Shown here: positions 23,594 through 31,620 of the stretch, in pieces | Layout: each line of letters opens with the position of its first letter | How positions within the stretch are numbered: position 1 is the stretch's first letter | Origin: Acidobacteriota bacterium | Lineage (GTDB): Bacteria > Acidobacteriota > Thermoanaerobaculia > Multivoradales > UBA5704 | NCBI GenBank assembly: GCA_040005235.1 | Contig: JBDTZG010000013.1 | Coordinates: 1-64,000, forward strand | Reading direction: 5' to 3' | DNA length: 64,000 nt | Program-made: the position numbers and the translations under genes | Notes under the pieces: model-generated | The model's database searches: none | Seen by the model: the letters and a program-made list of their open reading frames with translations, nothing else | What the model was told of the DNA's origin: nothing

Positions 23594-24187
23594 CTACTCT
23601 TCGAGCGCGTCGAGGCTCTTGCGTTCGAGGTCGAGCAGCCAGCGTTTTTTCTTTTCGCCCGCAATGAAGCTGCCGACTCCCGATTTGTGGGTGACCACCC
23701 GATGGCAAGGAATCAGGATCGGGAGGGGGTTTTCGTGCAGGATCGAGAGCACCTGACGGTAGGCCTCCGGCCGGCCGGCCGCCTCGGCGATGCTCGAATA
23801 GGTCCGGGTCTTGCCGTACCCGACCTTGGCGGTCTCGCGCAGGACCCGCCGGGCGAATCCGGTGACGCCGCAGGGGCCGAGGTCGAAATCGAGATCGAGC
23901 TTGCGCCGGGCGCCCGCGAAGTACTCGGCCAGGTTGCCGAAGATTTCGTCGAAGGCGTCGGACTCATCGAGATCGTGGAGGGACCGATAGGTAGACCGCG
24001 CCTTGCGGTCCGGCACGATCACGAGCCCCGTGATCACGGTACCGCAGAGGTCAACCCCCACCGAGCCGATCGGCGAAGGCATCAGAACTCGCAGCGGCTC
24101 GTACGGTACGGAAGCGTCCCCCACGCCGACCCCTTGCACCTCTGGCATGGAATCCAAGGTTAACACGGGCGACCTGGAGGTCGACAA
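23594..24187 (-). CDS. ogt: Methylated-DNA--protein-cysteine methyltransferase
   Basis: YFAG, VGYGKTRTYSSIA, NPLPILIPCHRVV active-site motif; start uncertain. Confidence 0.9.
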   Translation of the reverse strand: MSTSRSPVLTLDSMPEVQGVGVGDASVPYEPLRVLMPSPIGSVGVDLCGTVITGLVIVPDRKARSTYRSLHDLDESDAFDEIFGNLAEYFAGARRKLDLDFDLGPCGVTGFARRVLRETAKVGYGKTRTYSSIAEAAGRPEAYRQVLSILHENPLPILIPCHRVVTHKSGVGSFIAGEKKKRWLLDLERKSLDALEE

Positions 24188-24313
24188 GACCTCGTGGATT
24201 CACTCCTTCGTTCCGCCAGCGAAAACATCGGTGTCGGCAACGAGAAAAGAGTTGTTCAAAAGGCACCACAAGGGTGTCTCCGTTGTCTTCGACGACAACC
24301 GGCGTCTCTCTGC

Positions 24314-24370
24314 AAGGTACTCATATCAAAAGACTTAGCGTTGCCAAAGGAGGACTTTCGCGAGTAGATT
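24314..24370 (+). promoter_or_regulatory. Sigma70-type promoter (TTGCCA-N18-TAGATT) with upstream AAGG-N15-ACTT palindrome
   Basis: Palindrome at 24314-24336, -35 at 24341-24346, -10 at 24365-24370. Confidence 0.75.
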
Positions 24371-24378
24371 CCGCCATC

Positions 24379-24846
24379 GTGCAATCGTCGACCTTCGCCT
24401 GGGTGGGAGAAACGCTGCGCCGCGTCCGCAAAGAGAAAGGTAAAACCCTCTCTGAGCTGGCGGCAATTGCGAAGGTCGGCAAGGGCCAGCTGTCGAGAAT
24501 CGAGACCGGCAAGCAGGAGATCACGCTCGGCACGCTCGCCAAAGTGCTCGCCGCCTACGGCCTGTCGCGCCAGGAGTTCTTCCGGCGCTACGATCTGGTG
24601 GAGAACGGCGAGCGAGATCGGGCGCGCGACGATCCGAAACCGGCCGCCGACGGGTCCGATCCGCTCCGCTGGACGGAGAGGATCCGCGAATCGATTGGAC
24701 GGATCGAGAATTTCCTCGCGAGCGCCGCCAGCGATTCGCGACCGCTCGCCCAGGGGGGATTCGAAACGGGCGAGTACGTCGTGCTGTTTCGGGTGATGCC
24801 ACGCTCCGCAAAGACCGGCGGCGGCAACGACGAAGCGGGCGGTTAA
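24379..24846 (+). CDS. XRE-family HTH transcriptional regulator
   Basis: LRRVRKEKGKTLSELAAIAKVGKGQLSRIETGKQ; shares EFFRRYDLVE and PLAQG..E.G.YVV.FRV with 22863..23330; GTG 24379 follows the -10. Confidence 0.88.
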   Translation: MQSSTFAWVGETLRRVRKEKGKTLSELAAIAKVGKGQLSRIETGKQEITLGTLAKVLAAYGLSRQEFFRRYDLVENGERDRARDDPKPAADGSDPLRWTERIRESIGRIENFLASAASDSRPLAQGGFETGEYVVLFRVMPRSAKTGGGNDEAGG

Positions 24847-24857
24847 AACCCAGGTCC

Positions 24858-24893
24858 AAAGAAAAGAGCGCCCCCGGGCCAAAAGGGGCGCTC
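24858..24893 (-). terminator. Rho-independent terminator between convergent genes
   Basis: GAGCGCCCC...GGGGCGCTC 9-bp stem followed on the minus strand by TTTTCTTT. Confidence 0.75.
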
Positions 24894-24922
24894 CCCAGAA
24901 ACCACGGACTTGCCGGTGCTGC

Positions 24923-26077
24923 TTACTCGCCGCTCGACTCGAGCTGGATCGTGACTTCCTGCTCGCTGCCGGGCCGGACCGTTACCGTCTGTTCCGAACC
25001 GCGACGGCCGGGACGGACAACCGAGATCCGGTGCTGGCCGGCATCGACCGCCAGGCCCCGGTGAAGGCGGCTGATCTCCTCGGCGGTGCCGACGAACTTG
25101 CCGTCGAGGTAGACGGAGGCGTCGTCGGGCTCGATCGACAGAATCAAGCGACCCTGCTCGTCGTCGCCGGACGGGGCGACCGCCCGATCGTCATCCGAAT
25201 GGTCGTCGCCATAGCTCCCCCGATCGCGGTCGATCCGCTGGGAGCGCTGCCGCTCGTCCCCGACCCGAGTGTCGCGCCGGACGTGAGTCTTGGTCGGCAG
25301 GTCTTCGGGGCGAACCGACGGACCCGCCACCAACCGATCGCCGACGTCGATGGTCAAGCCTGGATAGATCGAGTACTGGCGGGCGAGCGTCTGGTACCCG
25401 TCGCGATAGAACACGATGTCGTAAGTTCCCTTTTCCAGCCAGAGGTAGGTCGGGAAGCCGTCGAAATCATCGACCGTGCCGATGTTCTGGCCGTCGAGCC
25501 AGACCTGGGTGTCGCCCGGCCAGATGTCGAGATCGAGCGCGCCCTGGTCGTCGGCGTCACCGTAGCCTCGGCCGTAACCGCCGCCGTAACCGCCGTAGCC
25601 GTAGGGCTCACCCCAACCCCAGCCCCAACCCCACCAGCCCCACCAGGGATTCGAGTAGTAGCCGCGACCATAACCGTAGCCGTAGTGGCCGCCGCCGCGA
25701 GAATGGCCATGGTCCCCGCCGCGACCGCCTCGGTCACCGCGGTCGTGCCACTGGCTGCGATCCCCGCCCGAGCCCGAACGAGGCTGCGCGGACGAGCCGT
25801 CATTGCCGGAAGATCCCGAACCCGAGGGGCTCGCGGTGGAGCCGCCGCCGGACGACCCTCCCGAGGAGCCGCCGCCGTGGTTCCAGCTTCCGCGGTCGCC
25901 GCCCGGCTCGGAGCGCGCGTGCGACGCCTCGCCCGCCGAACCGTCGCTGTGGCCCCCCTGCGCGCGAGCTTGGGCGGCGAGCGGTACCGCCGCCGCGCCG
26001 AGCGCCAAGAACAACGCGAGGCCAACGCCTTGCGCGCGGGTGGCGCCGACGAGCGAGTCTCGAGTTGAAATGATCAT
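24923..26077 (-). CDS. Secreted PEGA-domain protein with Gly/Ser/Tyr/Trp low-complexity region
   Basis: Signal peptide; two PEGA-like modules (LDIWPGDTQVWLDG, LSIEPDDASVYLDGKFVG); GYGYG / WGWGWG tracts. Confidence 0.8.
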   Translation of the reverse strand: MIISTRDSLVGATRAQGVGLALFLALGAAAVPLAAQARAQGGHSDGSAGEASHARSEPGGDRGSWNHGGGSSGGSSGGGSTASPSGSGSSGNDGSSAQPRSGSGGDRSQWHDRGDRGGRGGDHGHSRGGGHYGYGYGRGYYSNPWWGWWGWGWGWGEPYGYGGYGGGYGRGYGDADDQGALDLDIWPGDTQVWLDGQNIGTVDDFDGFPTYLWLEKGTYDIVFYRDGYQTLARQYSIYPGLTIDVGDRLVAGPSVRPEDLPTKTHVRRDTRVGDERQRSQRIDRDRGSYGDDHSDDDRAVAPSGDDEQGRLILSIEPDDASVYLDGKFVGTAEEISRLHRGLAVDAGQHRISVVRPGRRGSEQTVTVRPGSEQEVTIQLESSGE

Positions 26078-27033
26078 CGAACTTCTCCTTGGGCCGTTCC
26101 GTCACCGCCCGTCCAGGCGCGGTGGAGACCCTTCACGTAGTGAAACCTGAGCACTTCCTCCCAAGCTTTGGGGAGGGACACCGGAGAATTCTGCAAGGCC
26201 CGGACCAACCATTCCAGGCGCCGCTGCCGCTTTTCCGCGGGCACCGGCGGCGGACCTTCAGGGCCGACGCCGAGAAAAGCCCCCAGCTCCGGATGCAGGC
26301 GGTAGAACACGACGCCGCAGTATCCCGCCTTTTCCTGCCGCACGGCAAAGCGCGAGAGATCGGTCGGATGGTCGTGGGCGGCCTTCGCGCGGCGCTCGTA
26401 GGTGAGGCGCAACCCCTTTTTTTTCATGCGGTAGGCGACCTCGATGTCCTCCCAAGCGGGATACGGAAACCGCAGGTCGAACGGCTCGGCACGCAGCAGC
26501 TCGCGGGACAGCGACAGATTGGAGGTGTAAAAAAAATTGAACGGCACGTCGTCCGGATCGTCGATCAGCGCATAGCCGAATTGCAGCCCATGCTCGTTGA
26601 TGTAGCGCAAGAAAGGGTTGAGCCGCATGCGCGGATGCCACCCGGTATAGCCGATCACGGCGTGGAGCGAATCGTCCCTGCCGCGGCGGTGCGCATCCCG
26701 GTGGGCCGCGAGCCATCCCGATGCGGGGACGGTGTCGTCCCCCAGAAAGGCCACCCAGGTTCCCGCCGCCGCTTCGACCCCGGCGTTTCGCGCCGCGGCC
26801 GGTCCGCGGTTCTCCTGGCGCAGGTGCCGGAAGGGCACGATCTTCCCGGACTCAAGCCGCGCCGCCGTATGCCGTTCCAGAAAATCGGCGGTGCCGTCGG
26901 TCGAGCCGTCGTCCACCACCACGACCTCAAACGATGGCGCGCCGGCCTGGGCGTCGAGCGCCGCGAGCACTTCGGGCAGGACGTCCATCCGGTTGAAGGT
27001 CGGAACGACGACGGAGAATTCGGGCGGCGCCAC
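26074..27033 (-). CDS. Family 2 glycosyltransferase
   Basis: SVVVPTFNR, VVVVDDGSTDGT, GPAAARNAG, FLGDD, WEDIE; GTG 27033 is 7 nt after TAAGCT. Confidence 0.92.
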   Translation of the reverse strand: MAPPEFSVVVPTFNRMDVLPEVLAALDAQAGAPSFEVVVVDDGSTDGTADFLERHTAARLESGKIVPFRHLRQENRGPAAARNAGVEAAAGTWVAFLGDDTVPASGWLAAHRDAHRRGRDDSLHAVIGYTGWHPRMRLNPFLRYINEHGLQFGYALIDDPDDVPFNFFYTSNLSLSRELLRAEPFDLRFPYPAWEDIEVAYRMKKKGLRLTYERRAKAAHDHPTDLSRFAVRQEKAGYCGVVFYRLHPELGAFLGVGPEGPPPVPAEKRQRRLEWLVRALQNSPVSLPKAWEEVLRFHYVKGLHRAWTGGDGTAQGEVR

Positions 27034-27069
27034 GATCTGGAGCTTACTGCGGGTTACGATCGCGCAGAA

Positions 27070-28299
27070 GTGAGCTCCGCCCTCCTCGCTCCGCTCGTGG
27101 AATCCCTCGCCGCTCCTCATCCGGCTCTCGCGAGCCTGCCGGAGGAGCGCCTGATCGCCGCCTGGAGTACAACGGTCGAGGCGTTTCTCGATCCAAGTTC
27201 CCCCGAGCGGCGAAGCCTCGATCCCCAGCTTCTTCAATCCAGCCGGCTCTCCCCCGAGGGGCTCGAAGCCGGACTCGCGGCGGTGTTGGGAGGGGTGCGG
27301 GAAACGCCTTTCCGTACCCTCCTGCGCGCCGCGGGAGAGCGCCGGGGCCAGGAGTCGTCGGACACGTCAGGGCCATTGGAGCCATCCGAGCCGGGCTTCG
27401 TGCTCGCGATCCTCGCGGGCAATCTGCCCGGCCTCGCGGTCCAGCCGCTCGCTGCCGCGGTCGCCCTGCGGCGAGCCGCCCTGCTCAAATCGCCCTCCGC
27501 CGAGCCCTGGTTCGCCCCGGCGTTCCTCGCCGCGCTCGGCCGGCGGGAAGTGGCGTTCGCGGACGCCTACGCCGCGGCCGCCTGGACCGGAGGCATCATG
27601 CACATCGAGGCGCCGATCCTCGAACGCGCTGGCCGCATCCTCGCCTATGGCGACCAGGCGACGCTCGACGATCTCGCCCGTCGGGCCCCGGGCAAGCTGT
27701 TCGGCTACGGCCCGAAGACCAGCTTGGCGGTGATCGGCCCGGGAGCCGCGGGAGAGATCCCGGAGATCGCCGAGGGTCTCGCGCGCGACGTCGCGCTGTT
27801 CGACCAGCGCGGCTGCCTTTCGATCGGCGCAATCTACACGACGCTCCCCGGCCGCCAAACCCAAGATCTGGCCGAATCTCTGGCCGAGGCGCTGGCCCGG
27901 CTCGCCCGGCTCTGGCCGCCCGGTCCGGCCGAGCCGCAGGTCGTCGCCGCCGTGCAGCAGCTGCGGCTTTCGGCCGAGCTGCGCGGCCTGCGCGTTTTCG
28001 GATCGAGCCCCGCCGAGGGCACCGTGATCGTCGAGCCGGAACCGCGCTTCGTCCCGTCGCCGGGATTGCGGACCGTCCGCATCCACCCCATCGACGATTT
28101 GGCACGGATTCCCGATCTTCTCGCCCCGTGGACCGATCGGCTGCAAGGGGCCGCCCTCGCCGGAGCGGACGCCGATGCCTTGCGACCTCAGCTCGGCGCG
28201 CTCGGTGTCTCGCGTTTCGCGCCCCCTGGCGAGCTGCAGCATCCGGACGCCTCATGGCACAACGGCGGCGTCCATCCGCTCGACGCCCTGCTCGGCTGA
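27070..28299 (+). CDS. Acyl-CoA reductase (LuxC-like, ALDH fold)
   Basis: ILAGNLPG, LLKSPS, ILAYGD, GYGPKTSLAVI, DVALFDQRGCLS catalytic Cys, WHNGG; GTG 27070. Confidence 0.8.
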   Translation: MSSALLAPLVESLAAPHPALASLPEERLIAAWSTTVEAFLDPSSPERRSLDPQLLQSSRLSPEGLEAGLAAVLGGVRETPFRTLLRAAGERRGQESSDTSGPLEPSEPGFVLAILAGNLPGLAVQPLAAAVALRRAALLKSPSAEPWFAPAFLAALGRREVAFADAYAAAAWTGGIMHIEAPILERAGRILAYGDQATLDDLARRAPGKLFGYGPKTSLAVIGPGAAGEIPEIAEGLARDVALFDQRGCLSIGAIYTTLPGRQTQDLAESLAEALARLARLWPPGPAEPQVVAAVQQLRLSAELRGLRVFGSSPAEGTVIVEPEPRFVPSPGLRTVRIHPIDDLARIPDLLAPWTDRLQGAALAGADADALRPQLGALGVSRFAPPGELQHPDASWHNGGVHPLDALLG

Positions 28300-28333
28300 T
28301 CGGCTGATCCGCCGCTCGGTCTATGCTTCCCCC

Positions 28334-29236
28334 ATGCAGACCGCCGAGGGATTCGTCTTCGTCCGCCCGGGCCTCCACCTCTACTACCGGACGGTGGGCC
28401 ACGGACCGGAGGTCGTCCTGATCCCGAACGCCAACTGGCTCGCCGAGCTGCTCGCGCCCCTCAGCCCGGGCCGGACGCTCCTGTTCTACGACCCACGCAG
28501 CCGCGGCCGGTCGAGCACGGTGTCCGAATCGCGTCAACTGTCGCTCGAAGCGGACGTTGAGGATCTCGAAGCCGTCCGCCGCTACTTCGGGGCGGACCGG
28601 ATTTCGCTGCTCGGCAGCAGCTACCACGCGGCGATCACCGCGAGCTACGCGATCGAAAATCCAGACCGGGTGGAGCGGATGGTCCTCGCCTGCCCGATCA
28701 CCCCGAGAGTGCCGGGCGAGTGGGCGCAGGAGCTGCCCTCGCCGGAGATCCTGATCGTCCCGCCGGGCGTGCCGCGGCTCGAAGCGTTGCGCCAGCGGCA
28801 AATCGATCGGACCGATCCGGTGGCGTTCTGCCGCGCCTGGTTCGCCCATTTCCTGCTGCCGGCCCAGATCAGCGACCCCGCCGCGATCGAGCGCTTTCCG
28901 CTCGCCGACATCGCGAGCTTCCCGAACGAATGGCCGCAGCACACCATGCCGCTCTACTTCCGGGACATCGTGCCGAAGATGGGCCGCTGGGATTTCCGCC
29001 CGAAGTTGAGCCGGTTGAAGGCGCCACTGCTGGTGATCCAGGGGACCGACGACCTGGTCCCCGTCCAGGCTTCACAAGAATGGGCGGCCTGGGCGCCGGA
29101 CGCTCGGTTCCTGGCGATCGAGGCCGCCGGCCATCATCCCTACCTTGAAAAGCCGGACGAGTTCTTCCCAGCGGTCGAAGCGTTTCTCGAAGGGCGCTGG
29201 CCGCCGGCCGCCGAGGCGGTCCGGCGACCGGTCTGA
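28334..29236 (+). CDS. Alpha/beta hydrolase (proline iminopeptidase-like)
   Basis: YDPRSRGRS, LLGSSY nucleophile elbow, QGTDDLVP, AGHHPYLE. Confidence 0.85.
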   Translation: MQTAEGFVFVRPGLHLYYRTVGHGPEVVLIPNANWLAELLAPLSPGRTLLFYDPRSRGRSSTVSESRQLSLEADVEDLEAVRRYFGADRISLLGSSYHAAITASYAIENPDRVERMVLACPITPRVPGEWAQELPSPEILIVPPGVPRLEALRQRQIDRTDPVAFCRAWFAHFLLPAQISDPAAIERFPLADIASFPNEWPQHTMPLYFRDIVPKMGRWDFRPKLSRLKAPLLVIQGTDDLVPVQASQEWAAWAPDARFLAIEAAGHHPYLEKPDEFFPAVEAFLEGRWPPAAEAVRRPV

Positions 29237-29252
29237 GCTTCGCCTACCTGCC

Positions 29253-30221
29253 TTACCGAATCTCGAACCGATAGCTCTGGATCTTCTTCGTCGCGCCGCC
29301 TTCGACCGCGGAGAGGACCAGCGTGTAGCTCCCCTTGCCGAGCTTCGACGGGTTGACCTGAAACAGGACGCCGCCGCTGTTTTCGTCGTATCGAGCCGAG
29401 TCGGAAAAAACCGGAGAGGCACCGCGCCTCACTTCCACCCGGTATTGGGCGGCGGGTTTCCCTTCGGTGTCGTAGCTGATGATCAGGGGGGCGCTCTGGC
29501 TCTTGCTCGAAAGAGAGGGCGTCGCCGGTTCGTCTCCCCCCCGGGTCAGCTCGGCGGTGAGAATCAGGATGTTCACGCTGCCGGTGCCATACCCTCCGCC
29601 GGTCTCCGCGGGAGCTGAGGCGGCCGAAGGAACGGGGGCCGCAGGTCGCGAGGCCATCTGCTGGCGAAGCTCTCCCATCTGGGTGGTCAGGCTGGAGAGC
29701 CCTTCCCGGGCCTGGGCGACCTCCTGCTGGGCCGACGCGACCTGGATCCCCAGCGCTTGGCGCTCCTTTTCGCCGTGCAGATAGGCGGAGAACGCGACCA
29801 CACCGCCAAGCGCCGCGGCCAGCGCGGTCGCCTGCCAGGCCCGGTAGAACCGGGGAGGCGCCGCGGCGACGACGGGACGCTGTTTCGGCCGCAGCAGCGC
29901 CACGTCCGGCTCTTCGGCCAGGCGGCGGCTGGTACGGATCATCTCCAGGTCCGCGGCACATTCCGGGCAATCTTCGAGATGGCGCTCGACCAGGCCGCTG
30001 TCGAGCCCTTCGGGGGTCCGATCCCAGGCGTAGTCGACCAGCGCCTCGGCGGGCACGTGGACGGAAAAAATGCGGTAGCCGATCCGGGTTTCGGCCAGGG
30101 CCGCGCGGCAGGCGGCGCAGTCCTTCAGATGGCCGCGGATCTCGCTCTGCTCTTCCGGAGCGAGAGAGCCGTTCAAAAACCAGGGCAGACGCTCGACCAC
30201 TTCATCGCAGATCATTCGCAT
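29253..30221 (-). CDS. Membrane anti-sigma factor with two zf-HC2 zinc fingers
   Basis: HLKDCAAC and HLEDCPEC (HxxxCxxC) motifs, one TM, coiled coil, C-terminal beta domain; directly after the ECF sigma. Confidence 0.88.
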   Translation of the reverse strand: MRMICDEVVERLPWFLNGSLAPEEQSEIRGHLKDCAACRAALAETRIGYRIFSVHVPAEALVDYAWDRTPEGLDSGLVERHLEDCPECAADLEMIRTSRRLAEEPDVALLRPKQRPVVAAAPPRFYRAWQATALAAALGGVVAFSAYLHGEKERQALGIQVASAQQEVAQAREGLSSLTTQMGELRQQMASRPAAPVPSAASAPAETGGGYGTGSVNILILTAELTRGGDEPATPSLSSKSQSAPLIISYDTEGKPAAQYRVEVRRGASPVFSDSARYDENSGGVLFQVNPSKLGKGSYTLVLSAVEGGATKKIQSYRFEIR

Positions 30222-30231
30222 TCCCTCCGCT

Positions 30232-30864
30232 CTAGATAGGCGCGATTCGCGGCGATCCGTTACCGCGGCTCCCGCCGAGCAGCTCGGACCGCACGCGGGT
30301 CGCCTTTTCCCGACAGCGCAAGACGCGCACTCGGAGGGTTCCTTCCGCGACCGCCATCCGGTCGCTCATCTCTCGATACGAGACGCCCGACGCGAGCATT
30401 TTCCACATCGTCCGGCACTCGCCGGGGACCCGATCGAGGACGCGCAGCAATAGGTCGCGATCGGCCCCCTGATCGGCCGGGCTCGGCCCCGGGGCGAGCG
30501 GCTGTTCGATCGCCGACAGCTCGTCCAGATCCTCCGTCGGCCGGCGGGCCAAGGCCCGCACTTGATCGACGCAGGTGTGGGAAATCACCCGGAACAGGTA
30601 GGTCTTGAGGCTCGAATCGCCGTGAAATCGACCCTGGGCGAGCAGGCGGGTGATCTCCAGCCGGACGTCCTGGAGCAGGTCGTCCCAACGGTGGCGCAGC
30701 CGGCGTTCGAACGGCCAGGCCGCGCGCAGGATCCAGGAGTCGACGGTCCGGATCGCCTGCCGGTCGCCCGCGAGGAATCTTTGCGCTACGTCCGCGTCCT
30801 CGCCGGCCGTCGCGCGAGTGGGCCAAGAAAGCGGCCGGACGGCTTCATCGAAGATCATTCGCAT
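30232..30864 (-). CDS. ECF RNA polymerase sigma factor (copy 2)
   Basis: Region 2 WDDLLQDV...FHGDSSLKTYLFRV; region 4 GVSYREMS...EGTLRVRVLRCR; ATG 30864 after GGAGG. Confidence 0.9.
   Translation of the reverse strand: MRMIFDEAVRPLSWPTRATAGEDADVAQRFLAGDRQAIRTVDSWILRAAWPFERRLRHRWDDLLQDVRLEITRLLAQGRFHGDSSLKTYLFRVISHTCVDQVRALARRPTEDLDELSAIEQPLAPGPSPADQGADRDLLLRVLDRVPGECRTMWKMLASGVSYREMSDRMAVAEGTLRVRVLRCREKATRVRSELLGGSRGNGSPRIAPI
30237..30264 (-). promoter_or_regulatory. Candidate ECF promoter GGTAAC-N16-CGCCTA upstream of the anti-sigma
   Basis: Motif lies in the 3' end of sigma copy 2 and recurs with the same spacing at 30880-30907. Confidence 0.6.
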
Positions 30865-31483
30865 TTCCTCCGCGGCGTTTAGGCGCGGAAGGGCTCTCGA
30901 TGTTACCGACCAATTTGCCCGCCACTCCCGCGGCCCCCGCGACGACACCGAGCAGCTCGGCCCGCGCGCTGGTCGCCTTTTCGCGGCAGCGCAGGACCCG
31001 CACCCGCAGGGTGCCCTCCGCCACCGTCAGCCGGTCGCCCATCTCCTTGTAAGACAACCCTGCGGCGAGCATGCGCCAAAGGTTTCGGCAATCGTAGGGG
31101 ACGCGGTCGAGCACCCGCAGCAGGAGGTCCCGATCGACCCGGGTCTCAGCCGGGCTCGGCCCGGGGGAGCGCGGCTGATCCGCCCCTTCGAGCTCGTCCA
31201 GGTCTTCCCACTTGTGTTTGTTCTGCGCCCGCACCTGATCGAGGCAGGTGTGGGAAACGACCCGCCAAAGGTAGGTCTTGAGGCTCGAATCCCCCCGGAA
31301 CTTGCCCTGCCCGAGCAGACGCGTGATTTCGAGGCGAATCTCTTGGAGCACGTCGTCCCAACGGTGGGCGAGGCGGCGTTGGTAGGGCCAGGCCGCGCGG
31401 GTGATCCAGCCGTCGATGGTCGAAATGGACGAACGCTCGCCTCCAAGGAATCCCCGGACGACTTCCGCATCCTCCCCTTGCAT
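30845..31483 (-). CDS. ECF RNA polymerase sigma factor (copy 1)
   Basis: WDDVLQEI...FRGDSSLKTYLWRV, GLSYKEMG...EGTLRVRVLRCR; close paralogue of copy 2. Confidence 0.92.
   Translation of the reverse strand: MQGEDAEVVRGFLGGERSSISTIDGWITRAAWPYQRRLAHRWDDVLQEIRLEITRLLGQGKFRGDSSLKTYLWRVVSHTCLDQVRAQNKHKWEDLDELEGADQPRSPGPSPAETRVDRDLLLRVLDRVPYDCRNLWRMLAAGLSYKEMGDRLTVAEGTLRVRVLRCREKATSARAELLGVVAGAAGVAGKLVGNIESPSAPKRRGGNANDLR
30880..30907 (-). promoter_or_regulatory. Candidate ECF promoter GGTAAC-N16-CGCCTA upstream of sigma copy 2
   Basis: Same hexamers and spacer length as 30237-30264 but an unrelated spacer sequence. Confidence 0.6.
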
Positions 31484-31620
31484 ACTTCGGCACCCCCTTG
31501 AGACACCTTAGATCTTAGCCGCAAAGCGCGGGCATCTGACATGGAGCCCGGTCTAGAATGGCCCGGACCGACGGCTCGGGGAAGCCTCTTTTGTGGGCCG
31601 CTGTTTTCCGGAGGCTCTGG

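Noticed and set aside
22154-24846. Prophage immunity region
   Set aside because: No integrase, replication or structural phage genes; the XREs lie among housekeeping genes.
25560-25700. Short-period DNA repeats in the PEGA gene
   Set aside because: Explained by coding of Gly-Tyr and Trp-Gly low-complexity protein sequence.
27070-28299. Bioluminescence lux operon
   Set aside because: No luxA, luxB or luxE homologue is recognised in the window.
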